Below, piece by piece: positions 1-10,788 of a DNA stretch of 64,000 bases (position 1 is the stretch's first letter; every line of letters starts with the position of its first letter). The notes beneath the pieces are model-generated. The model was not told the origin of the DNA. It worked only from the letters and a program-made list of their open reading frames with translations, and ran no database searches. Both the position numbers and the translations under genes were made by a program. This DNA is from the human T2T-CHM13v2.0 reference genome, Homo sapiens, in assembly GCF_009914755.1 (NCBI RefSeq), contig NC_060929.1. One strand, written 5' to 3'.

Positions 1-1091
1 AAACAGCACTCGATGAGTAAGTGCAAAGGAACTGCAAAGCAGGGCAGTACAAGCACAGGACCACACGGAGCTGGACTTCACACCCAGACGCACACACAAT
101 GAGTGGCTTCAATGGGGTGTCAAGAGTAAGCATGGAGAGCGGATTTTGACTCATGGGTAACCTCCGACATGCCAGCATCTATTAAACTGTACAGACAATG
201 GGAGCAAGCCCATTGTAGGGAGATTTGTCTCACATCCTAGCAGCCCTGGGGCCAATGCATGGGAAAAACTCAGTGATGCCAAACCAGAGACAGACCTGCC
301 CATTCACAGCTCTGAGGGGAAATAAAACGTGGGAGGAAGGCAAGAGACACACAAAAAATAAACATACTAAGTAAAAGGGGGGTGGTGTAGGCAAACGGGG
401 GTGTTGGTGGAGGCGGTTTTCAAAAGAAAAGTCAGTGACCACAACTCTGAGAGCAATGAATGGAAAGGAGGAGTTGAAAACTGTTTTTCTAATTATTTGA
501 AAATAATACAAATGGCTGCTGCCGTTGCTAAGGCACCGGAGAAAAACAGAGTCCCTGAAAATCCACAGGTACTGTGTGACTCTTCCTTTCACAACGACAC
601 AGAGAGGGAAACAGCCCCATTTAAGCTTCCTACACTGATTGGTTTGCAACCATTTCCATGAGTGAGCTGCACATGATATTGATAAAGACTCTTCCTGGGA
701 AAAAATAAAACAGTCCATGAAAACAATCACAAACAGAAAACCAAACCAAACCAAAGTACAGAACTGTTTCTAAATTCCCTATCCTTTTCAAACCAACATG
801 CTGGTGGAGAAGGGAGGGTGGGCCACAGGGCTCCAACATCAGACCTTGAAAACACCGAGGACAAAATATCGATCAAAAAAGTCATGTTGTTCCAGGTCCC
901 AAGATGATGGAGTCATAAGATTGGGTGGGCAATGACCACACATGAGTCCTGTATGGAGCAGTGTCTCAGCCACTTGTGACTCTTTTTTTCAGCCATGGTA
1001 CACATTGGATGTTTCAAAGCCTCAATGCATGTTTTGTATCCTGAAAGTCTATTGTTCTCACTTACAAAAGACATAAGAATCAAATTAATAC

Positions 1092-1097
1092 TTTATT
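1092..1097 (-). promoter_or_regulatory. Candidate distal polyadenylation signal AATAAA
   Basis: TTTATT on the + strand. Upstream UGUA motif and downstream U/GU-rich sequence (UUCUUAUGUCUUUUGU) in mRNA sense. Confidence 0.55.
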
Positions 1098-3308
1098 ATC
1101 AAACACTATGTACAACAGAGGTTGCTAATAATACAGAATTTAAAGAACGCAGTTTTTTTTTTTTTTTTAATGTTTTACTTTTCTTTCCTCTGCCACCCAA
1201 GAAAGTACAGTACAAAACAATAGTCTAAACTAACACGAACTGTTACCTGGTCTATTAAAGGATACACGGTATCCACTAAACAGACAGATCCTTATTTCCC
1301 TGCTTGATGTTGCAAAGCCCTTGGCAACCAGGGGCAAAGGTCACTGGGGTTTGACTAACTGGGGCTGAGTGGCAGCTATGACTGTCCTTCAGATTTTTGA
1401 GTTGTTTTTGAAATTAAAAGCTTCTAAAAGTTGCATCAACATCCTCCTAAGCCCCCAGAGGATTGTAACACCACCACAAAAGGCCACCAACACTTTTTAA
1501 ACAAAGTGAAAACTGTCTGACACCAATCATCTTGAAAACTCCATGGCAAGTGCATTAGCTATGATTTCATCACTTACAGGTAGAGAAGCTTACTGTCTAC
1601 TGGTGTGGACACTCTTGCTATTTTCTTTATACTTAATTTGCAGTGGCAGAATGGTGAAGTAAAGGGGTCTAATTTCACTGTGAAAAAATGAAAGACAATG
1701 GCAGAGAGGGCCATGAGTAATTATTTCACCATTTGTTAGAGACAAATGCTAAGAAAACCACAGAAGTCACCATTTCTAAAATGCATTTAGCACTGCTAAC
1801 ATAGTTATGACTAACTGGAATCATGACAGGATCATTTGATTTCCTTGTGGTTATAGAACATGCTGTATTATTTTGGTTCTATTGATCCATTTTAGAAGGT
1901 ATCTTTCTCCCCCTACCCAAATCCCACTGGACCAACAAGCCTGTAACTATTAATTAAAAAAAAAAAAGTATTTCTGCATATGACTGAGAGTACTGCATAT
2001 ATAAATAGCTAAAGGAAAAAGGAATTGAATGCCGTGAACTTTTGTTTTGGTGAAATGGTGGCTGCCTTCTGTGATAAGACTCTGCCACTCCAGAGGAGTT
2101 CCTTATGTCAGAGGGGAATAGGATTGATTGTATCTGTGAGGCTGGCAACCCCACACACATGGTTCCATGTGAGAACAGACTCGGCAGTGACATCCACTCC
2201 AAATGGATCAGGTAAGCCCAGATTACATTTCAACATGTGTACAACTCTCCAGGGCACAATACGTTTACAGCTGCCTTTCCTTCACATACTTTTCTAATTC
2301 AGAACTACTCACAATTCTAAGCAAATTCCCATTCACGAAGTCTGTCCATAATGCGACCTTCTCTTTTTTTAACATATACATCTTAAAAAACAAATATATA
2401 AAAAATTCTTATTTTGCTGGAATGCTTTCAATTTTTCACATTTTACATGATCATCACATTTATTTCTTATATTGAAAGGCATGGTTTCTGTTGACATGTC
2501 GTGCAAAGCCAAAAAAAAAAAAAAAAAAAAAAGGGCTGGATTGCTTTTCAATTGGTCTAACACTTTTCCTTGTCTAGGCTTTGGATTTTAAAGTTCATGA
2601 CAGCCCCACCACCAGTAGAAACCCCAAGGCTTGCATTTCCTGGTAATCGACTGGAAACGTCCCCTGTTGGCCATGCTAAGATTCCTTCAACAGGGTCATC
2701 CTGCATTTATTCTCCTTCTGCCCCACCCCCACAATGAAACAAGATAGCCCCCATATTTCTAAATGTATCAAGGGATACCACTTTTTCTCACAAGTTTAAA
2801 TAGGACAAGCATATATACTCACTCTCAGCATAAAGTATATCTAAATAATGTATTTTCTATTCTAGTGGATTTTTAAAAAAATATTTTGTTAAAGTCTTTG
2901 GGACTCCATCTTGTTTATCTCCCACAGATAAACACATGTTCCCCCTACGCTTTAGGCTGTGTCAGAAAGGGAAAGAATATAAAATCAACACTTGAATTTT
3001 TTTACTCCAAACTTTGGAATTTTATTTCCAAATTTCCCTTTAGCCCTCCCAAGTAGTGCTGACTGACTCTCCTGGTGACAGGGGTTTGTGTCCGAGCCCC
3101 TGCGGTCAAGGAGTGTGGAGCAAAACGTGGGTACTAGGGTGGGAGGCGGGGAAAGGCCACAGCACACTGGCGCTCCAGCAAAGCCAAATCATGTCTCCTC
3201 TGGCCACTGCGGTCCTCTCCTTGGTACATGTCATCCCCCAGAGGAGTATCCAAAGCTATTCCACTATGCACTCATCAACCCTGGCTTGTCAGCCTTGGGG
3301 AAGGTCAC

Positions 3309-3314
3309 TTTATT
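3309..3314 (-). promoter_or_regulatory. Candidate proximal polyadenylation signal AATAAA
   Basis: TTTATT on the + strand. In the mRNA it is preceded by a U38 tract and UUUUUAU. Confidence 0.5.
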
Positions 3315-3335
3315 CATAAAAATGCCTCTTTGAGT

Positions 3336-3380
<45 letters not shown>

Positions 3381-4220
3381 GTAGCACCATGGTGATCTGT
3401 ATTCAAAGAAAAAATATCTGGTGTGCACTGCCCAGTCACCAAAAAAATTAGAGGCACTCACACATACACACCCCCAGCAAACCTGTAGTTTTCTCTGTTT
3501 TCACACCTGCTCTGTATTAGCATTCCACACCCAACCTGCCTCCTAGAAAAAAAAAAAAGGCTTCTTTTAGAGAGCACAAGTTTTGCTGTCAAGAATGCTT
3601 TAAGACAGTCATATTAAAAAAAAAAACCAGTGTCTCAACCTTTTAGAAGCCTGTTCATTTACATACTCCTATAGGAAATGGTGTAATATCGTATCTATTC
3701 TTAATACCTCCCCTCCGGACCTGACATGGTGACATGATGCCCTGCGCGATCATCTTACAGTTCTGAATGAGAAGGCATAAATATTGCATAGGAGAGCAAA
3801 ACCCTCCCAGCCCTAGCCAGCGCTGGCTGCATCTGCCACTATTCTTCCTTGTCCATAGCCCGCTGACACAGTGCGCTAACGGAGGTGAGTTCTTAGAGGA
3901 GAATGCACAGGAGCTGACGAACCACTGGTGTCACTATGACAATTTGGCATTTTCATCTGGAGTCCATTTAATTTGGGAGGGGTGAGAGAAGCCAAGGGCC
4001 AGGGCTGGGGGTGGGGCGGGGTGGGGTGAGGGAGGCAGGAACAAGTTTAGGCCCCCAACCTGAAGTTGTTGCTTAGAATTCAGGCTGAAAGAAAGAAAAC
4101 AAAAATCTGACATCTGCCAAAACCCAATAACAAGTCCCTTCTTAGGATGAGCAGTTAGGTGGATCTCTGGTGTTCCAAGACCCTGATGTTTTCTGTGACA
4201 AGTGATGGGAGGAGACTGTG

Positions 4221-4342
4221 CTATAATGTCAAAAGCATCGCCAGGAGGAACAGTAGGATTGCCAAAAGGCGGCTGGGTATCCTTGGTGTTTGTGCCGCGT
4301 TCTCGCCGCGGGATGGCTCGGCTGACTCATGTACGGTGTCAT
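4221..4342 (-). CDS. EFNA5: Ephrin-A5 last coding exon 5, GPI-anchor signal and stop
   Basis: Translates (D)DTVHESAEPSRGENAAQTPRIPSRLLAILLFLLAMLLTL-TAG. The hydrophobic C-terminus is typical of a GPI signal. Acceptor CTTTCTATTTGAACAG|ATG, stop TAG at 4223-4221. Confidence 0.97.
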
Positions 4343-5348
4343 CTGTTCAAATAGAAAGCACACATTCCAATGAGATTTCACATCCTTAATAACTCTCTTG
4401 CAGCAGCCTGCTGTTAACAGACCTCGCCACCCTCTGCAAAGTAGGGTAATGAACCTTGTGCCACCATTGACTTTCATGTCTGCATAATCACTCATTATTT
4501 ACAGCAAACAAAGAAGAGGCAAAGAAAATTGGACTTTCTCAGCAATATTAATACTTTCCTTAAAAATTGAGGGGAAAAATTATGCATACACCGTAACCTT
4601 TGGCCTGTGAGCTGCTTTGGTTAGCCAGCAGTCAGACACGCCTTGCACAAATTTCAGATATCTGAATGTACCTTTGAAACCTAAGATGTCACAGGCAAGC
4701 AACTGACATGTTGGTGGGGGTGGGGGAAGGGGCAGTTATGTTGGCACAGTAGTGGTTAACCAGAATGCGCTGCCCATTTCCCTTCTTTTAGCTGTTTCAT
4801 AGGATTAGTGTTGAATGCCTGGTTGTTGGATGCCTAGACGAATTTTCAAACATGAAAAACTAAATGCCAAAACAGCAGCATTTTGGATAAACTATACATC
4901 ATGCCTAGTAAACTTCAATAAACGTATGCCCACTAGTTTGCCTGCAATTAGGTGTCAATTATGGTGCTATTTCTATTACAAACCCTGTATTTCTAAGATT
5001 AAATTACTTGAACTTGACTATTTTTATTTTTATCGGGCTGAAGCTTGGCACATAAATTATCAGCGTGGATGCAAATTTTCCTCTAAATAAAATAGATTAA
5101 GTGAGTTAAGCTTCTTTTATTTAGCTATAAAGTGTTCTATGAGGCTGCCTCTGACTTTGGATAGCCTTCCTGATCTGCATGATTAACAGGCTTAACTTCC
5201 AAATGGGAACTCTGAAGCAATTAGTACCAAAGAGAGGTTGGAGGCTTGCCTAGGAGCCAAGCTCTGCTCCAGGGCTGCCTGTCTTCTTCTTTCCACCTGA
5301 CCTAACTTATGCTTTTATTTACTTTTAATTAAGTTAAATTAATTAATA

Positions 5349-5635
5349 TTTTTTTAGAGGTAAGGTCTTGCTCTGTTGCTCAGGCTGGAGTACAGTGGCC
5401 CAATCATAGCTCACTATAGTCTTGACCTCCTGGGCTCAAGCAATCCTCCTGCCTCAACCTCCCGAGTAGCTGGGACTCCAGGTGTGAACCACGATGCCTG
5501 GCTAATTTTAAGAATTTTTAGAGAGACAGGGTTTTCCTTTGCTTCCCAGGCTAGTCTCAAACTCAGCCTCAACCAACTTCCTCCCTTGGCCTCCCAAAGG
5601 ATTGGGATTATAGACATGAGCCACTATACCTGGCC
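5349..5635 (-). mobile_element. Alu (old, AluJ-like)
   Basis: Reverse-complement Alu dimer: CAGGCTGGAGTACAGTGG ... GGGATTATAGACATGAGCCAC ... TGGCC. Confidence 0.9.
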
Positions 5636-7579
5636 ACTTGTGCTTTTAGACTAAGGATCTCTGAATAACACATTTTGGGGGCCAATAGTGAGCCCCTGTG
5701 CAAATTTTATCTCAGCATCAGGGTAACTTCCTGCAGGTGTTCAGCAGTTGCCATCTGGGAATTGCTCAAGGGCCAGACAGAATGGTAACAAGGCTCTAGT
5801 GGTTGTTCTCAATTATACTGACCTCAAAGGATAATCCCTAAATACCCCTGGATGACCCACCTCAAACCCCTTAATGGGTTAACTAACCATTATTTTAAAC
5901 TCATTTGTATTTTCCTACCACACGTGTCACAATAAGGGTGCTTTTCCTTCACTGGGTAGAATCACACTCGCTAATATTTGTCCTAAAGTAACCACTTTTC
6001 AGGTTCACAGGCTGACCCCTGCTTCAGATATGCTCGTTTGGGATGGTTTTGTCCATCACATCCATTCCCAATGAGAAAGGTCTTCTCAGTGTTGAGTCTC
6101 CTGACCTGGAGTGCTCTTACCATTTTAGCCTCCCCTCGAATAAAAGCTACTGCATCCCCTTGTCAAATGTGCTCCCCTTTCCTGGACCTTAGCGAATCTG
6201 CATGGAGTGATTTTAGCTTAGGAGACTAGAAAAGGTTAGGAAGCAAGATGGTAAGATAAATGGATGCAGAAAAAATATATATAAAGTCCTCCACAATGTG
6301 GCCAAGTACCTTCAGACCCTCTTCTATTCTCTGCTCTTTTTCAGCCTTGCAAGTGTATTAATTAAATCTGTAGTTAATAGGAAGTAGAAGTAAAGGCCCT
6401 TAATAGCCCTGAAATTAAAATCCAAATCACTTTCTTAAGAGCACCAATATGTTGTCAATCAAAACAATGGAGCACTTCAGGCTTAACTGTGAAATAACCA
6501 CAAACCCTGAGGATTCCAGAGTTCATTTCACAATATCACATACTTAAACACCTGAAATTGCATCAGCTATTGGATTCCTCTCCATCTTATTTTTACTAGC
6601 ATATTACCCAATCCTTCTCCTTGTATAGCTTGCAAGTGTACTGTTAAAGGTACCCAGCTAGCACTTAGATCTTCGGTGTGAACCCCTTCATCACCACCCT
6701 AGTCCCTTCTAGGTACTCAGTGAGGGCTATCCATTATTCCAGGTCCACTCAGCACAAGACACAAGGAATAGATCTTACAAGGTAATGGAGAGGAAGGCTT
6801 TTGTTTTTCATCTAAGTGAAGTATGAGGCTAAGTGTGACTTTCAGTCCTTTAACCATACACAATCTTTGGAATTAACCTTTTATAAGCACCCAACGAATA
6901 TATATCTTCCTGCCCCCCAAAAGGAAATCAGTCCCATTAGGGCATCAGGATCCTTCTCTTCTTCCTGCAACATGCTGTTCCTCATTCAGGATTCCACAAA
7001 GCATCCTTTGATTAAAACAGGTTCTCAATGTTGGAAGATTCTACAGCCCCCAAATGTGAAATGAGAAACTGGCTGTCATTTGGGTAAATCTGAGCAATTT
7101 CAGAATTCTAAGGAGGAATTCATAGGTAAAATCTATCCCAATGGAAACTACACCTAAACATGAGAGAATTTCTAACGCTTGTAACACAGGCTTGGAAGAA
7201 GAAAGAAAACGTTCCTCTTCAGAAGTCAAATCAAGTTTTGCCTCCTGGCTACAGGATTCCACAACATGGGGGTTTCAATGGTTAACGGAGAGAACACTAG
7301 CGATATTTTGGAGCATGTTATGTGGCATATGTCTGCCCTGAGATCATCCTGCATCCCTGATGATAGGAAACTGGCAGGCAGAGTGTGCAAGCAAACAAAA
7401 AAGACAAATACATTCCAAAGACAGGTGAATTAGTACACATCGCTGAGATCATGCAGTGGAATCCTTTCAGACTTGCTGGGTTCATAAAGACTGGGTCTAC
7501 ACCCAGAGCTGGGGAAAGGTAAATACCCTTTCACTCAGTGGCTCGACACAGTGGTGAAGAACTGCAAATCCAACTAGAC

Positions 7580-7871
7580 TTTCTCTCTCTTCTTAGAGAC
7601 AGAATCTTGCTCTGTCACCCAGGATGGAGCACAGTGGCGTGATCATAGCTCACTGTAGCCTCGAACTCCTGGGCTTAAGCAATCCTCCCACTTCAGTCTC
7701 CCAAGTAACTGAGACTAAAGGCACACACACCACATTTTTTTTTTTTTTTTTTTTTTGGTAAAGACAAGGTTTCACAGTGTTGTCCAGGTTGGTCTCAAAC
7801 TCTTAGCCTCAAGCAATCCACCCATCTCAGCCTCTCAAATTGCTGGGATTATAGGTGTGAGGCACAGTGCC
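7580..7871 (-). mobile_element. Alu (AluJ-like) with rearranged 5' end
   Basis: Reverse-complement Alu dimer with T-rich linker at 7735-7756. The 5' end is folded back into a hairpin (see findings). Confidence 0.9.
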
Positions 7872-10013
7872 TCACACCTGTAAGAAACACATTTCTTATT
7901 GTTTTCTTATTGCCAGGAATTGTGGTTCAACCTTGTCTCACTTTGTTAGTGAAGATACTCACCAGCAAGCCCTTAAAATATAGCTCTGACTGACTCAAGG
8001 AGCTTTTCCTGCATGTACACCTACGCTCTACTCCCCAGCACACGTATGCACACACTGAACTACATTCTGCCAAACTTTTGCAAACTTCCAGCAGTTATAT
8101 GTCCATCAATTTTGGGCCATTGTGCATTTTAAATGCTTAGTGAAAAAAAACCTTGTTTCCCCAAAGACAGTGGTATATGTTCATGTATGAAAGCATCTCA
8201 ATATCTTGCATTGTATCGTTAGTGGAATTCAAAGGTAATTTTCCTAATGGCAGAATAGTCCTCCATGTGCCTCTTCATTACCAGAGAAAAATATGCAATC
8301 TGTTAGGTGTCTAAGCAGCCTCCTATGCTATAGACAGGCAGTGGAGATTCCCTGGAAAAAAAACCATGGGAAAGATATGCCTACATTCTGCACAATGTGT
8401 ATCAAGAGATCATAATCCTGGGTAATTTTTGTTTAGAACATGCTGGTCATTCTTCTTGTGGCTTCTTAACAAAGACAAGAGACTTAAGTCCTCTTTATGA
8501 ACATACCTCTAATAATGGTAAGAGACCACTACTTTGATACTAATGTTGGAATAGGAGTCAGAAGATCTGAGTATTAAACCTGGATCTACCTAATCAGCAA
8601 TGTGGCATGGGTGAGTCTCCTCAGCCATAGAAGGAAGAGTGTAGAGTCTGGGGTTGTTAAGGGAGATACTGAGTAACTTGCAGATCCTCTGGTGGCCCAA
8701 GTCCCTGAGCTTGTGAGGACTCTGGTACCTTAAGAAGCCAAAGTCATGGCTCCAGATTTCCAGGACACAATTAAAATGCCTTCATGTCAGCATTCATTCC
8801 TTAAAACTTTCTAAAGCAGCTAACTGATCCCTGGGGAGCCACTAAGACCTCGGAGAGCTCATTGTACACACCTCTCATTTGCGCTCTGGGTGAGATGCCT
8901 GCCTTAGAAAACAAGAATGCTTCAGGGAAAAAACTCTAACTCTTTCTGTCAGTTTTAACAGGAAAGCTATTGTATGTCCTGAGGCACAGCATTTACTCAG
9001 GGTAAGTTTCCCTAAGGTTCATTGACTATGCAGTCCTGGTTACAATATTGGAGGAAAAAGTGGACCTTAATGTCCGTTAGTTTCTAGGACCATAAGGAAG
9101 AGAAATTCTACAAAAAAAAAAAAAAAAAAAAAAAAATTCTCCATTTACATAAGGGGGCTCAAATCTCTCCATGAAGAGGAAATAATTTTATTTCCCTTAA
9201 GCTTTGAGATGATCAAGGGAGATGGGTAAGGAAACCAGTGAAGATCTGGAGCAGGTCGGGGAGAAGAGGACACCACAGAGGAAGGAAACACACAGGGCCT
9301 CCAGGCACACCCCTCCATAAGCAGTTGGTAGAGGGCGACCACTCCTCTCAGTTAATCTAGTTTTATTAAATGGCCAGACTGAATTGATAACCGAATGGAT
9401 ATTTACAGGTTCTTATTATCCATAGTATGCGACAGACTAATGCCTCAACGAGTGCTTTGGTAGGTTTTATTTTTCTTTAGTTATGGGAAACATTAGGAGT
9501 GTGGAAGTCAATCGTAGAAAAGTTTTATTTATCCTTAAAACTTATTTTGCCTCGGTAATCAAGGATCACATTTGGCTCAACAGGCTACTGGTACATTTGT
9601 GGCACAAGAGATGTGCGAATTTGTGGTGGCAATGTGATTATACTTCTCCAGACCAATTACTATTGACAATAGCAAAAATATTTAAATAAAATAAAGTTCC
9701 TTAGGTCAGTTCAATGATGCATGTAAATTTCTAGAGAAAACTAAGTATGTTGAATTAGTTTCTATTTTGTGCAATAGTCTTATTACTTTTATCTACAGAT
9801 TTGGACATAAAAAATAAAATTTTATGAACATATACATAGAAATGTTTTGTGTCTTACATGAAAACAGATCCTTTAATATTCACAGTGATTCACCAGCATG
9901 CTCTGAGGATATGGTAAAAGGCAGTGAGATTTTAGCATTCCGATGGGGCTTCTATATTAGGATACTGCATTAGCTCAAACCCATTCCAAAAAAGAAAATT
10001 TTATTTTACCTAA

Positions 10014-10119
10014 CATGCATTGCACAAAGATACTGGAGGAATGAGGTAGAATATAAGTCATATTAGCATCGCTAGCAATGAGCAAAAGCAGAACAACAAC
10101 TATAACATGCAAACATGCA
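10014..10119 (-). promoter_or_regulatory. Three UGCAUG (Rbfox) intronic splicing elements downstream of exon 4
   Basis: CATGCA on the + strand at 10014-10019, 10106-10111 and 10114-10119. Confidence 0.65.
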
Positions 10120-10199
10120 GAGAAGAAGAAAGGAAAAAAATACGGAAGCACCAGAGAAATAGATGCATTTGTTAAAAGAGATTCTCTAAGCATACTAAC

Positions 10200-10280
10200 C
10201 TGCTGGTTCTAATGAATTTTCTACTTTGTCGTTAACATCGAAAACACGATCATGAACACCTATAGTTTTCATACAGCTAT
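10200..10280 (-). CDS. EFNA5: Ephrin-A5 coding exon 4 (81 bp, phase 1-1, linker region)
   Basis: Translates (N)SCMKTIGVHDRVFDVNDKVENSLEPA(D). Acceptor TTTTTGTTATAG|ATAG, donor CAG|GTTAGT. Confidence 0.97.
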
Positions 10281-10312
10281 CTATAACAAAAATAGAGATA
10301 ACAGCCAAATAT

Positions 10313-10318
10313 GTTAGT
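10313..10318 (-). promoter_or_regulatory. Branch point / QKI-type element ACTAAC upstream of exon 4
   Basis: mRNA sense TTCACTAACAT, 33-38 nt upstream of the exon 4 start. Confidence 0.65.
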
Positions 10319-10596
10319 GAAGACACCCTTAAACTCCCATTTCTTTCTTTTTTCTTTCTCTCCTTTTTTTCTTTTTTTATGTAGATTGTCTTACAATCAA
10401 TGGCATGTTCCAAATGCCAATATTGTTCCCATTTGCTCTGCATGTACAACAGTCTAAGAAACAACAAGTTAGCAACTGCTGTGTACTTAAGTAAAAGCAT
10501 CATGAAGAATGAGAAAAAATATGATGAAAACTAAAATATGAATGTTGATATACAAAACAGATACCACACAAGATTTAACAGTAAAAAAAAGTTTTA

Positions 10597-10788
<192 letters not shown>

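Larger units (their letters stand above)
1..4220 (-). other. EFNA5: EFNA5 3' UTR (long; distal end probably near or beyond the left edge)
   Basis: Follows the stop codon. No recognisable interspersed repeats over about 4.2 kb, unlike the introns. Contains several minus-strand AATAAA, U-tracts and miRNA seed matches. The exact 3' end cannot be determined from sequence. Confidence 0.75.

Noticed and set aside
230-754. 174-aa minus-strand ORF in the 3' UTR
   Set aside because: Non-ATG start, F/L/C/V-rich composition reflecting U-rich UTR, and no recognisable domain.
5069-5076. Octamer ATGCAAAT sites (several in the window, e.g. 16706-16713)
   Set aside because: Expected by chance in 64 kb of AT-rich DNA, with no clear composite element.
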